Assembly: GCA_964247055.1 (NCBI GenBank) | Contig: OZ176051.1 | Coordinates: 6,944,001 to 7,008,000 of the forward strand | DNA length: 64,000 bases | From: Paragordius varius | Lineage: Eukaryota; Animalia; Nematomorpha | Direction: 5' to 3' | Part shown: positions 1 through 13,169 of the stretch, piece by piece | How positions within the stretch are numbered: the stretch's first letter is position 1 | How the letters are laid out: every line of letters starts with the position of its first letter | The notes under the pieces: model-generated | Seen by the model: the letters and a program-made list of their open reading frames with translations, nothing else | The model's database searches: none | Told to the model about the DNA's origin: nothing | Program-made: the position numbers and the translations under genes

Positions 1-769
1 GGTTCTGATAATATCCCTAAAAAATCCTACGAAACCATAAAAATTTATTTGGCATTTTTCGTAAACAAAATTTTAACCAAATATTTCGTTTTAAACTAGT
101 CGGTAGTTAAAGCCCCATCTTGTGATAAACACGCCACTTTAAATAATACGCAGCTGATAATTTATATAGTGGAAAATCCATTGAACGAATGAGAAATCAT
201 GCACAATTTTAATTTTTACACTTGCACGGATCGTCCTACCCTCAGTTAATTGGTCAAATTAATTTCTTAGACTAGACAAAAATTAGAGGTCACTGCTAGT
301 AGTAAATCGAAATAAAATAATTAAATTATTTATTCAATATATATATCGAAAATTACATTTAAATTATATTGATAAAATACATATGTGTAGAAAACACACA
401 TGTTTTGTTACTTTAAAAAAACTTCGTATTATATTATATATATTTAATAAAAGTGAAAAATAGTATAAATATAAACAAACATAAGATATTTAGGCCAACA
501 AAAGCCATGCTATAAAAAGGAGAGCAACCCAGACAAAGATTTGTGAAAGAAACTGATCATCGGGATAGTAAGGGATGCTATCATATATATAAATATAAAA
601 AAAATACAAATATTAATAATTAAAATAAAATATATGTAATAGATAACTTGTCATGTGAAAAACCAAAAAAATGATAACAAAAACCATGGCTTTTATGCCA
701 ATTTTAATATCTTTTTTTAGAGAAAAATACATTTTCAATATCCTTAGAGAAAAATAAATTTATATTACA

Positions 770-990
770 TAATCATCATCATAAAAGATAGGACTCCAAA
801 TTCGAAATTTTCATACCACAAAGTAATTCATATTGATAATATTTATACTTCGTGGAATCTGAGGCGATTTTTTTACGTAACACATGCCCTTGTGTAAAAC
901 TAATGATTTACCAGATCATTAGAAACTGGCCTTTGCCGTTAACGCATTTTCATGCCCCAGCCAACACCGCGGGGAGGTAACAATAGGACT
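770..990 (-). repeat. Dispersed repeat family A, copy 1
   Basis: Its reverse complement matches 12965-13135 (AAGTCCTATTG, TAACGGCAA, AAATCATTAGTT, CAAGGGCA.GTGTTACGTAAAAAA, ATGAATTACTT.GTGGTA). Confidence 0.75.
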
Positions 991-1305
991 TTAAATAAAA
1001 AAGATTAAAATTCCCATTTTTTATATCAATTATTTTAGAAACAGTTAAAAAATATATAATTTAATAATAACTTGACAAAAGTTCTTCCACACATTTGTCT
1101 AGTAATTTATTTTTGGTATTACTACTATATAATTTTTTATCCAATTTGTATTAGCCACACGCAGTATAAAAAATATTTCTTTGATAATCCTATAATCAAT
1201 ATAGATACATAATAGCACCTGATAATTTTACACCAAGGTATCATTATACTATGTAAAAGCTTAAAAGTTTACAGTTTATGTTTTCTTTTATCTGGTAACA
1301 CATAA

Positions 1306-2160
1306 TTATACAATACCAGTTATGACTGTTCTAGCGTTGGGAACTCCTACTCCTCCACCACCACCGCTTAAATTAAAGAGGGTCGAAATGAATCCAAACG
1401 GAAAAGCACCAATCCCAAAAGACAGGTGAAAAGTGCCTCCCCCATCACCAGATGCCGTCGTATTTTGGGAGGGATAAAAGAGAAAAGAGTCGAAATAATT
1501 CATAAAAGTAGTGTTATTATCAGCAGACGATGCTTTATTTGCTGAACGTTTGGGTGTAGGCCTAGGAGGGCATTTAAATCTATTATTGGTACTATTACTC
1601 TGTTGATGTGATGTGGAATTTGGTTGAGATGGTGATGTTTGTTGCGAAGAAGTAGTGTTTGAGGGGCCTCGACCATACAAAGGAATAACTTTGTCCTGTG
1701 AAATGGGATCTTTACATACGGGGCATTCAGTTCTAGATATAAGATAAAGGATATAGGAATGAGTCAGAAAGGTGTAATTAATAATTAAGAATATAATTAA
1801 TATTTACAGGAAAAAGGTTTTCTGGTTTATTTATATTAGAATAAAAATCCGTAAAGTACTGTCAAATAATTTTGTGATATAAATAAAAAATCAAAATTTA
1901 TAATGGAAAACAAAAAATATTTTCCGTGTATTGAAACTTTTACAAATAAGTCAATAAAAGTAGCATAGTTACTTAAAAGGTTTGGTTTCAAACCATTGGT
2001 AAAGACAGGGCCAGCAAAATAAATGCCCACATAAACTAATGACAGCATCTTTGGCCTGATCCAAACATATATTGCATTCGAAATTAGAGTTTAAATCATT
2101 ATTATTATTATTAACATTTTCAAATTTTTCAGTGTGATTCTTTTTACTCTTTTTATCCAT
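1306..2160 (-). CDS. RNF5: RNF5/RNF185-family RING E3 ubiquitin ligase (spliced; 3' end uncertain, possibly a further exon near 1136-1190)
   Basis: Exon 2160-1973 encodes [30 protein letters not shown]. It splices GT(1972)..AG(1733) in phase to [23 protein letters not shown] and later [13 protein letters not shown], both family hallmarks. Confidence 0.9.
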
Positions 2161-2439
2161 ATGTGGTTTATTTATTAATTCTAAAGCGTTATAATACAAA
2201 AATTTACTTGAAAATACGGATAATATATTATTGGGATTCATAATAACAATAATATGATTAGCATAAAATCATTTTCATAGTCCGTAAGCAGCTTCTCACC
2301 TATCCTCAATATGACAACAACACAATAAAAGCTAAAATTTCATTATTGTTTAAATTCATCATGGAAAATAGTTATTAATGAACAAAACAAGCGAAACAAA
2401 TACTTTTTATTCAGACCGCTGGTCTTCACATAAATTTCA
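2161..2439. promoter_or_regulatory. Putative bidirectional promoter (RNF5 / RNF10)
   Basis: The inferred start codons are divergent and 279 bp apart. Confidence 0.45.
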
Positions 2440-5400
2440 ATGGCTGAAAAATATTTTTATCAGCCACAAACATTACGTAAAAATGGATCTTCTGGATCAC
2501 TGACGGAAGGTTGTTTTATCAATTTATATAATAGATAACCATAAGAGAATTAACGATTCCAAATATATTAAAGTTACATTTATATAATTATGACAGAATA
2601 AATTAATATTTAATTCAAGTGTAAAGAATCATTATAGTAAGAAAAATTTTGACCTGAATTGCAAATATCACCCAAAACATCTCCCACAAAGATCATCTAA
2701 AAATACTAAGGCCCATGATAGTCCTAGGAAACATTGGGAACAATTTTATTCCGCAAATCGTTCCTACAATAAAACGCATTTTATTTTGTCGCATTGTCAA
2801 TTTGTGGTTGGCCACGGATATGACTTAACGCATTTTTCAAATGGCGAAATCGATTGGAGTAATGTTGAGCAATTGGTAAACTTTTATAGATTTGTCTATC
2901 TCAATGGAAATCACTAAAAAAATTTTGATCTCAAGGGCCTACCATAAAATATGCATAACTCTTTGACACATAAGCAGATGTTTATATTTTAAATAGGAAC
3001 ATTAAGAAATTAAACCAAAAATGGGCATAAAAAACTTTTAAGGCCGCGGTTTGAGGATCGCTGGTCATATCTTTTAATGTAAATTCTTTTACATATCAAT
3101 TTAATAGCGTTACAAAGAATTGGTCATCGTTTATTTTTGATCAAGACACCAATTTTTTTGAACACCAGAAAAATAAATCATTTATAGGCTTAATAATATA
3201 CTACCAATTTATACAGTATGAGTAAGTTTATATTACTAGAAATTTATTGCTTATTGCCAAATAGTAAATGCAACAAAAGGCAGTCATTTTGGCTAATACT
3301 AATAAAAAGTGAAAATAACTAAAAGCCAATAATACTGCCCTTTGTTGTATATGTTATTTGGCAATGATTTATAACTTTCTAGCAATGTATACTCACTCAT
3401 ATATACATTGTAGATTTTATGGAGTGAAGAACCGCCAAATTGTCCAATATGTTTATGTGCACCAGTACCAGGTTTATATGAAACTTGGAAATTTATAAAT
3501 TTTAATTTATTTGCAAATACTAATTAATGTTTAACCGTATTTGCTAACGTGATTAAATAATGCACAACTAAATACTTTAAATCATTTAAAAAAATTCTAA
3601 AAGCTTATAAGGATATATAATAAATAAACAGCTTAAATTAGGAGAATGCATAGGATTATATCTATGAATACCACATATAATTACAATATCAAAAGCGCAT
3701 TTTTTTCCATCAAACTATTAGCAAGGATAACGAAATGTGGACACATTTTCTGTTGGCCTTGTGTTTTACATTACTTGGCTTTAGCACAGCAAAATGAAAC
3801 AACTAAAACTTGCCCCATATGTTATGGCGTTAATATTAAGAAGGATGAATTAAAAAGGTTTATTTGTTGTTAAAATGCTTTTATCGTGTAAAAAATTTTT
3901 CTTTTATTTTCTTATATCAATGGCAATTTTATATCTTATTATTTTTATATATATAGTGTCAAAATCAAATTAGCACGAAAATATTCCGAAGGCGATAAAA
4001 TAACTTTTGTGCTTATGCGCCGACAAAAGGGATCCATGATTATTGAACCTTTAATAGATGATAATTTAAATCATGCAAATAATTATCGTTTAAATCTTAA
4101 TGGTAAAATTTATTATAATATATTATCTTTTTTAGATTATATAGGTCTGGACAAATAACAGACTGGTTATTTAAAAAATTTACTTTATATCCTTGTTTAA
4201 CCTTTAATGGTCGATTTTGATGGTATCGATAGAGTTTTTGATTAAAATTCTTGAAAGGTTAATTATGTTTTGGGTATCATTTACAAAATAGAATATTTAA
4301 AAAATTTTTATTTCGAGAATGTTTTCGATAAATTTATATATTTTTTACTTTTTTGTATTAGGCCTTTTTTCCATGGATAATTTTGACAAATCTTTGAAAT
4401 ACGATTCGTGTCACATTTATGACAAAATATTGAAGCCGGATTGGGAACAGCTGATGTGTTTGGCTCAAGATCCTGATAATGTAATTTATTCAATAGGAAT
4501 TATTTATAAATTTATTTTAATCATTTGAATTTATATATGATTCCGCAAAATTAATATTGAATATTTTATAAAATTTTTGATGTTTTTTAGTATTGCGACA
4601 TACCATATATTCAAGAAGCTTTGGAGGACCTTGAAGTAATTATTGTATGATTATCAATAAATTAAAATTTTGGTTAACGCTTTTTTATAATGGTTAATTT
4701 TACCAAATTTTGGGAACGAACGATATTTTATTAATCACCTATTTACAAATCAATTGGGATTATATAGGGTTGGTTACATTTATTTTTCATTATATATATG
4801 AATATCATTTTTGTAAAATGGCAAATGATAGTTATTGAAATTTTGTTAAACCAGCCATTAAAAACTGAAAGTATTCTTATTAATCCGATGAATTATATCA
4901 AAAATACTTTGTTTTTTGCCTTTCATATATACTTTTTTAATTATTTATATAAAAAATATTTTTACTACTATTCATACTTGATAGATACGAATAAGTAAAA
5001 TCAAAACAACCCCAGAAGCAAAAAAATTTAATCACAAGGACACATTGAATGGTGCGGAACTAAGCTCTCATAATCCGAATAATTATTTTTATTTCTATCA
5101 AAGTATTTTTTTTATTAATTATTTGATTCCCAATTTTAAATCTATTTTTCCAAAATATTCTATATTTTTTGTGTGATAGGTATTGATGGACAACCCCTAT
5201 TTTTACATCCAATCAATGTTAAAATGTTATTAGCTCATTATAATTCCGTATATCAAATAGATGAGATTTCAAATGCTCCTCAGTTTAAAAATACTAAAAC
5301 TAGTGATAATAATGATATAAACGATCCGGTTTTAAACGATAAAATAATTATCAATAACAAATCATCCGAAACGGAGAGTTGGTTAAAATGTCCAAAAATT

Positions 5401-6133
5401 TTGGAAAATATGTCTATAGTACAACTTGAACCGAAAGAACAAACGCCGGAGTTTATGAAGCGATTTAGGTATGTTTTTTTGTAGCATTAATTTTATATTG
5501 GAATATTTCTAGGATTCATTTTAATACATCTTTATTTAGATTTTTATCCCATTTACCACTGTACACTGAATTAATGTTTGTTGAAGTGTCATTTTTGTGG
5601 GAAACAAGCTTAAAGTTGGCACCAAATCCTACAAATGATTGTGGTATTATATTTTATATACAATAAGATTAATCAATGATTATTACGTAAAAATCAATGA
5701 CTATTTAAATGAAAAAAATGATTAGCACATGATTTATAAATATGTTAAATTTGTAAGTAGATACAACATAAAGGATTCATTAAGGGTAGTTTGTATATGG
5801 TGTATTTATTACATATTTTTTTAACCATGTGCTTATCATTTTTTCAACCGGATATTCTTTTATTTTTGGTGATAATCATTTGTTAATCTTTCTGTATCTT
5901 GAAAGTATAATTGTTTAACGCACCATTCACAAATAGTTTAAAGGGCTGTTTTAATTTTCGGAGATTTATGAAAAAGTAGGTTAAAATTTACTGATCAACA
6001 CTATTTTTGTAAAACTTACCTCAAACTTTATTTCGGTTTCCATTTTAAGGGAATTATATGGCTTATCCGCCCTTTTTTGCATTAAATCATCGTATTTTTT
6101 ATCATTGATAATCAAATATTATTCCTATATATA

Positions 6134-6167
<34 letters not shown>

Positions 6168-9100
6168 TTTAAAATATATTGGTGCTTTGGTATATAACCA
6201 ATTTTTACCCATTCTCTTTGAACGGGATAAAAAACGCCTTGCATTTCAACAACTTGAACGACTAACACAATATGCATCACAAGATAATGGTTATGATTCA
6301 AAGCATAATAGGAATGGTGGTTTGGATGAACCATTTAGCAAACTTAGTTGTCATGAAATACGTAATTTATATTAGTTTTTTGTTTTTCACTCAAAAGCAC
6401 AGTATGAGTCCCTTTGTTGAATTAAATGCTATCTGGCAATAATTAATGAAAAAATAGTAAATTACCATTTCCCAGTCAAAATAAACGTTTTCCCAGGCAA
6501 TCGAAACGTTTTTCCAGTCAATCAAAACATTTTCCCAGTCAATAAAAACATTTACCCAATCAATAAAAACGTTTTCTCAGTCAACAAAAACGATTTTATT
6601 TTCGATGATAAATATCAAAACAAGATATAAAAATAACTTTTAACCCTTATCAGCGTAATATTAGGATATTATTTTTTATAAAAACTTAATTATTGAATGA
6701 CAATTTTCATAATGACTTATTCTTTAAAAGTTATTTTTTGGCATCTAAGATGTTAAAGATGGTATTTTTATTTTATCGATGGTTGGCATTAATATTTGCG
6801 GCTAACTTAACATCTCTTACGGATGAAATAATAAAATTTAAAATATACCATTTTTATCTCAAAGGTCATTTAACACTTCATATTGGACTTAAACTAATAT
6901 ATATGATATTTATCATTTGGTCCATCGGGGCCCCAACGCAGCATCTTTGTGCGGCCCGCGAAAAATTTAGTAATCCATATGCAAAAATGTGCCCACACTT
7001 ATTTCTTACGCAATTTTTCTGAATGAATCTATTAAAGTACGAACTAAAAAAATTGTTATATTATGTTTGTATTTTACAGATTTATGTCTGATCGAAAAAT
7101 TATATGAATGCCCGTATATATATATATATTTCGAATGCGGAACGGTGTTTTTTCGAATTAAATATGCGGCCCGCGAAGGCATTTTGGACACCCTTGTTTT
7201 AGTCAATTATCCTTTTTATTAAATCAAAAACAATTTTATTAAAAAAATTTTCGCTTGGATATTTTTTCCGACAGTATTTTTATCGACAAACCTGACATGT
7301 TTAAAAACTGTTTTGAAGCATTCCGCAAATATTAATGCCAACTATCGATAAAATAAAAAATACCATCTTAAACATCTCAAATTCCAAATATATAACTTTT
7401 AAAAAATAAGTCATTAATGATTGTGCACTGGAATATACTTGGAAAAATTGTCATTTAATAATTAAGTTTATAAAAAATAATATCCTAATATTACGCTGAT
7501 AAGGGTTAAAAGTTATTTTTATATCTTGTTTTGATATTCATCATCGAAAATAAAACCGTTTTTATGACTGGGAAAACGTTTTTATTGATTAGGAAAATAT
7601 TTTCATTGACAGGGAAAATGTTTCGATTGACTGGGAAAATGTTTCGATTGACTGGGAAAACGTTTCGATTGACTGGGAAAACGTTTCAATTGATTGGGAA
7701 AATGTTTCGATTGACTGGGAAAACGTTTATTTTGACTGGGAAATGGTATATTTAATCATATTGCCTGTATTGTTAAATCAGGTATCTGTCCTAAGTTAAG
7801 ATATTTGGTTTTATTTGGCTCTAATTTATTGCTGTTTTTTGAATAATAAAGGTTAGTATTAAGATTTACATTTAAATACGAAAAACATGAACATTGTTTT
7901 TTTATAATTAGGTAGAATTATTAACCGTTTTTTTATCAATTAAACCTGGGCCTTGCCTTTTTTTAGAAATTAGAATATATGATAAGACTGAGCTAGATAG
8001 ATGACTTTTAAATAATAAAACTCATTAGTGACTGATATTATATGACATAATATTGTTCTATATTAAGCTAAACATAGTTTATAACTGTTTTAATTAAATT
8101 TTTGGTACACTTGTATACACATATTTTCATATATATATATATATATATTAGTAATATTTTATTAACATATAAAATATTATTAATTTAGTGGAGGAATTAA
8201 ACTTAGACAATGAAGATATATTCCCTACTACCAGTGATGCTAAAACATCTGTGTTAAAAGGTATACATTCTTGTTTTAATCTAATATAAGATAATTTAGA
8301 TATGCAACAAGAGATAAATGCGGATTCGGAAACATCGCAATTTTCATTTGCTCAAGTATAATATTGATCTGTAACGATTTTAATTTGCCTATTATATTTG
8401 GTATATGGCTTATAACTTTAGACTATTTATATTTTAACTGTATATTTTACAAAAAAATAATACGGTGTATTTGGGATGTTTTAAAATATTGCACATTTTT
8501 TTAGTGTTTAAACCACTATCATCCGAATAATTATGCGTTTTCCAACAATCTTTCAAAAAACTCTAATAACCTAACTCCTGTACGTCTTTCCAAAAGTCCA
8601 AATTCTTCCTTATTATTTAATGGAACAGACAACACTTCACATAACCTATCCTCTATTCAGGATTCATTTGATGATGAAATTGATCCCGATTTAATACCAT
8701 ATTTAAGAGTTACGCGCCCCGGAGAACCTTTAAAGGGTTATTTTTTTATTCAACAAGTTTTCAATCTAATATTTAAATTAGGAGTGGATGTCCAACACAG
8801 ATGGCTTCGTGGACCGCATTAGAAATATATAGATTTCAAACATAGGATTATATAATCACACAATATAACAATTTTTATGCTAGATTTTGCCAATTATATA
8901 GATTTTATTAGTAAAATTGTTTGAGAAAGATCAATTTTACTAAAATTATTTGATAGCACATTTGCAAATAATAGATTTAATTTTTGGCGGCCGCTAAAGT
9001 CTCGAAAGGCCACACCCGGACCACGGTTGGACATCCCTAATATATATTTATAGTTTAATTTAAAACATGAATTTTATTTTCAAATTATTGTTTTAGTTTA

Positions 9101-9266
9101 AAATTATGATGACCTTTTTGCCATATGTCATTTTTTCTTAAAATATATATTTGTTACATTTTAGAAGGAATCGCGATCGAAAAGAAGATTAGCAAGAAGA
9201 AAGGAGGGAAACGTTAAAAGAATGATTAATGATATAACTTTTTATAAATATGCTTTTTATGCATAA
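2440..9266 (+). CDS. RNF10: RNF10/Mag2-like RING finger protein, multi-exon; the last exons (after ~8740) are uncertain
   Basis: Spliced exons give HCQFVV...[37 protein letters not shown]...[35 protein letters not shown] and SFAQ, all motifs recognised from RNF10. Junctions up to ~8740 are GT-AG and in phase. Confidence 0.88.
3214..3404. mobile_element. Tc1-type MITE, family 2 (copy 1)
   Basis: TA|CAGTATGAGTAAG...ACTCACTCAT; palindromic interior similar to 53055-53237; partial relic near 6404-6450. Confidence 0.7.
6126..6166. repeat. (AT)n microsatellite abutting an RNF10 splice acceptor
   Basis: About 20 TA units with one interruption. Similar shorter tracts occur near 8130, 16180, 16895 and 16950. 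Confidence 0.95.
6465..7746. mobile_element. Foldback-like element with ~250-300-bp inverted arms containing 21-nt tandem repeats
   Basis: 6465-6706 is the reverse complement of 7444-7746. The unit is TTGACTGGGAAAACGTTTCGA-like, termini are CCATTT/AAATGG flanked by TA, and it lies in an RNF10 intron. Confidence 0.85.
6923..7196. mobile_element. hAT MITE nested in the foldback-like element
   Basis: Ends CATCGGGGCCCCAAC and GGACACCCTTG, internal GCGGCCCGCGAA twice, and a degenerate 8-bp TSD (ATTTGGTC / TTTTAGTC). Confidence 0.75.
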
Positions 9267-9399
9267 GAGATTATAATAATATAAATAAATTATACATATT
9301 CACATATTAATAATTTTGATAAATATAATGATGGTGACTAACGGCATCCTGTTAGTGTTTTATTTATAAAAAAATTCAAATTAAATTTTTTTAATATTT

Positions 9400-10410
9400 A
9401 AAGTTTAGGGTGTCTTTATAATTTTGGCCTATACCTTATATTAGCTATTGCATAAGCTTTATCATGGTAAATTGTTGATTTGGTGAAACTGCATCAAGTA
9501 AATTTACATTTTTAACTCTGACCCATTAAGTTTGACAGATAATTGTCACTTACAAAAAAATTGGTTTTGGATTCAGAGCCTGGTGGCGGATTTAAAGGAA
9601 ATGTTTTAGATCCTATTTTCTATAAATCTAGACAGGCAAGGGTTGAACCTTTTACTTGAATAATAAAATATAATTTTTTGTCCTTTTTTAAAAAGAAAAT
9701 CAGTGACAATCATTAGTTATTCTTTGTAATTGGCATATTTATTCAATTGTTTAGATATAATACCATTATAATATCAAAATGTATATAGGGAGGGAATTCG
9801 AATGTGTTGAAATGCTATATAATGGCCCATATATTCACCGTTCAATGTGATGTAAGCTCCAATTTTTTGATGATGTAATTTTACCCAACACCAAACTTTG
9901 TAACTATAGAATTATACGAGAAAGCAACCAAACAGTTTACTTAGTTAATAAATCCAACATCGTAAACCATTCTTTTAAATTAAGTTCTTTAAATTAAATT
10001 CAAAATTATACAAAAAACTTTGCAGTTTTCCAAGTTGCAACTTATTATGCTAAAGGTTAGATTTAAAGAAAAACAAAACCTTCGATGCTTTCCAAAACTA
10101 GTTTTCTAAAAATAATAAACTTTAATAGATTGATAAGGTCTAAAACTCATCTTTTTTATTCCTCTGACATATTTATAAAATAAATTTGTATTTGAAAATA
10201 ACTATGATATTATTTGATGGGTGTTTGGCAACCTTGACTGAATCAATTATTGGAACGTTTTAATTTTAACTTACAATCGATTAGGTCTTACTGGAACGCA
10301 TGAAAAAATATATTCTCACCCATTGCAAAATTGTAATAAGCCATGAAAACAATATAAAGCCAAAATAAAATAGATATATGAATAATAACTTTAGGCAAAT
10401 CAATTAGACA
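9400..10410 (-). CDS. Possible unidentified multi-exon gene with a hydrophobic N-terminal segment
   Basis: Short open segments flanked by GT/AG: IIHISILFWLYIVFMAYYNFAM, EWFTMLDLLTN|YKVWCWVKLHHQKIGAYITLN and KIGSKTFPLNPPPGSESKTNFF. I could not assemble them into one frame and recognised no family. Confidence 0.3.
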
Positions 10411-10609
10411 TTAGTAGGGCAAACTAAGTTGTATTATGTTAAAAAAGCATTTATTGTTAATTAATCGAGGTGCAAATTGAATATTAAGGTGAAATCACCA
10501 TCATGACTATTTTTTCATATGAATGTTTGGTGTAATAAATTAAATTAGTATTATAGATTTAGTATTGAAATAATAATTAAAAATTGAAATGAGGTGTTTA
10601 GTATAGAGC

Positions 10610-11447
10610 TTATGGGTAAATTGACGAGTATTTATATGGATATACTCTGTTGCCGCTATGTTTTATTGTTTCAACACCTTTTTAAGTTCTTCCAATTCAG
10701 GGATTTTACGGGCACCCTCGTATGGAACATACAACTATATTTATAATAAAATATATATAATTAAAAAATGGATAACAGGTAAAAAATTATTTTTTTAAAA
10801 AATATTTTAGTTTAAATAAGTTTTATCATTTGGAGTTGCAAAGTATGGAAAAAAGATTTTAATTACGCTCATTTATATAATTTATTAAAATTAAATATTT
10901 TTTGGAAAAAAACAGATAAAAAATTTGTTTTCCTTCAAAATAATATTTGTCTCTAATTTTAAGGTGAGTAAAATTTCAATTTTTAAGCTAGATTTTTAAA
11001 TAACCTTCTTAGTTTTTTCAGGGTCAATATGATCCCATGGTTTATCTAAACCATGCCTTTGATCCGCAGTTAATCTAATTATTATATAAAATTTTATTAT
11101 TACAGAACATCGTTTTTAGTAAATAAGCTGTAAAACGTCATAAATATTCCACCACCGAAAGCCAATCCCAATACTGTTAATAATGGTATCAGCTAAAATT
11201 ATTAATATTGACAAAAATACCTCCCAGTATTTTTTTATCGTTTTGACGCTAACAATTGTTTCGGGGGGTGGTTTCACAAAATTAAATTGAGAATAATCTG
11301 AACTTAATTCCTCCTCATGTTTTGCGTGAGTTTGATGATGGGCATGTCTAAAACATTCCTGAACATAAAAAACAGTTAAACCTTTTTTGGTATCAAATAT
11401 GAGGTTCGTAATATATGAATAATATTTGGTGTGATTTTCGATGACAT
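10610..11447 (-). CDS. NDUFA4/NMES1 (C15orf48, B12D)-family cytochrome c oxidase accessory subunit-like protein with an N-terminal extension
   Basis: Five exons splice in phase to ...KKYWE|LIPLLTVLGLAFGGGIFMTFYSLFTKNDVL|LTADQRHGLDKPWDHIDPEKTKK|LYVPYEGARKIPELEELKK. This matches the family pattern of LIPL, TM helix, DV, PW. Confidence 0.75.
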
Positions 11448-11581
11448 TTTGGCAACAAATAGAGCACTACAACGCACAGCAAACCAAAAAGCGTTAAGAT
11501 GCAAGCAGATTAAAAAACGAATGATTGAAAACCAAAACCTCTGAATACACGAACATTCACACACGTTTTTTTTAAATTATT
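11448..11581. promoter_or_regulatory. Putative compact bidirectional promoter (NDUFA4-like gene / SPCS2)
   Basis: The inferred start codons are divergent and only 134 bp apart. Confidence 0.5.
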
Positions 11582-12763
11582 ATGGCTAAAAAACCAATAG
11601 ACAATTTATTAACAAAAGTACGCATATCATTATTTTATAGTGGGCAATTGATGACAAACCTATCGTAATTGATAAATGGGACGGTAATGCTGTAAAAAAT
11701 TCTCTTGACGATTTAGTTCGTAAAGTAATTGGAAAATTATTTTAAGATCCTAGAAGAGAAATATAAATCCAAAGAATGCCATAACATTGTGGATGGTAGG
11801 CTTTATATTTGTGGATTTGCGTGTCTTATATCTTTGTTTGCCATAATATATGATTATATGAATCCATTTCCCAAATCAAGATATATTTTGCTCATCTGTT
11901 CAGTAAACTATTTGACCATATAGTTAGATATCTTACTTTATTATGATGGCCATATTTACATTGTATATAAAATTTGTGGAGAAAGACATTATATATGTCG
12001 GTTTAATTCAAGATGAGGCTGGATTCGATAAACCTCAGAAATGGACTTTCCATTCTAATCTTAAACGGTTTATAGTTTTTCCATCATTATTCACGCATAT
12101 TTTATTAAACCAGAAATCTTAAATAGTTACCCAATATCGAATTATTACATGCGATTATTTAGTTTTAATTTGAAAATAAAGTCGAAAAGTTTGTAAAATT
12201 ATTGTAAGGTTGGTTAAGGTGAAATTCATTAATTATAACACTTCATATAATGTATCCCTTTTTTTACGTCTTCATATAAAACAATAATTAGCCGTAATTA
12301 ATTTAGGAAGTCATAAAATTAATGTCTGGAAACAGGTATGATATTAGTTATTCTGATTAAATGAACTACTGGCAGGCTGCCTTTAAATTTAAAAATGTGC
12401 ATTTAGAATAATTTAAAAAAGAAATTAGCTATCAAATTATTATATTTTACATCTATCATTTTAAATGTGAAAAATATATAATCCATTTTTATTTTTGGAT
12501 ACGCAAATTCTTTGATTTCAATACACTTGTATCTAACATATTCGCCAAAATAGTTTATAAAATCATCATCCTTTTTTTCCAGATTTGATGACATGTATGA
12601 ATTGGCCTGTGAATTTTTTGACCCCAACAATGGGAAACGATCTGAAGCCAAACTAACAAAAAGTGTCGCAACTTGGATTGATGAAAATGGCACGGTACTC
12701 CAAGACCCTTTTTCCAAAGATATTAAATATTTACTGGATTCTGCAATTAAGAAATCGGAATAA
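11582..12763 (+). CDS. SPCS2: Signal peptidase complex subunit 2
   Basis: Five exons give IDKWDGNAVKNSLDD, DGRLYICGFACLISLFAIIYDYMNPFPKS, SYFIMMAIFTLY, KRFDDMY and KSVATWIDENGTV. Introns are 23, 22, 25 and ~510 nt. Confidence 0.95.
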
Positions 12764-12964
12764 TCCTCTTTATGAGCTATTTATATTGGTATGAATGAAG
12801 AAATAATTTGACTGACCAATGTTATAAACAATATCATAATTAATTTGTCTACTTTTTTATTTATTCCTTAAATAAATATTATGTAAGAATATCCAAATTT
12901 TATTGATTGATTATAATTGTTTGATAAAGGTTGATTTATGTACTGATATGTTTTCTAGACTAAC

Positions 12965-13135
12965 CAAGTCCTATTGCCAATGCCCTAACGGCAATGTAAA
13001 ATCATTAGTTGTGCGCAAGGGCACGTGTTACGTAAAAAATCGTTTCAGATTAACATGAAGTATATAAAAATGAATTACTTAGTGGTACGAAAACTCCGAA
13101 TCCCGAGTCCTCCCTTTATGATGATATATGCGCTT
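12965..13135 (+). repeat. Dispersed repeat family A, copy 2
   Basis: Homologous to 770-990 in reverse orientation. Confidence 0.75.
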
Positions 13136-13169
13136 AAAATATAGCGTTTTTGGATATTTAAAAAATTTA

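Noticed and set aside
7531-7755. ORF with LTGKMFR repeats
   Set aside because: It is a translation of the 21-nt subterminal array of the foldback-like element.
10300-10345. In-frame TGA in FCNG*EYIFSC suggesting selenocysteine or readthrough
   Set aside because: The TGA lies in a GTGAG donor of a plausible 29-nt mini-intron, that frame has no start, and no SECIS was seen.
12403-12717. Antisense ORF over the last SPCS2 exon; also antisense ORFs at 59314-59589, 60232-60459 and 60868-61107
   Set aside because: These are shadows of real coding exons on the opposite strand.
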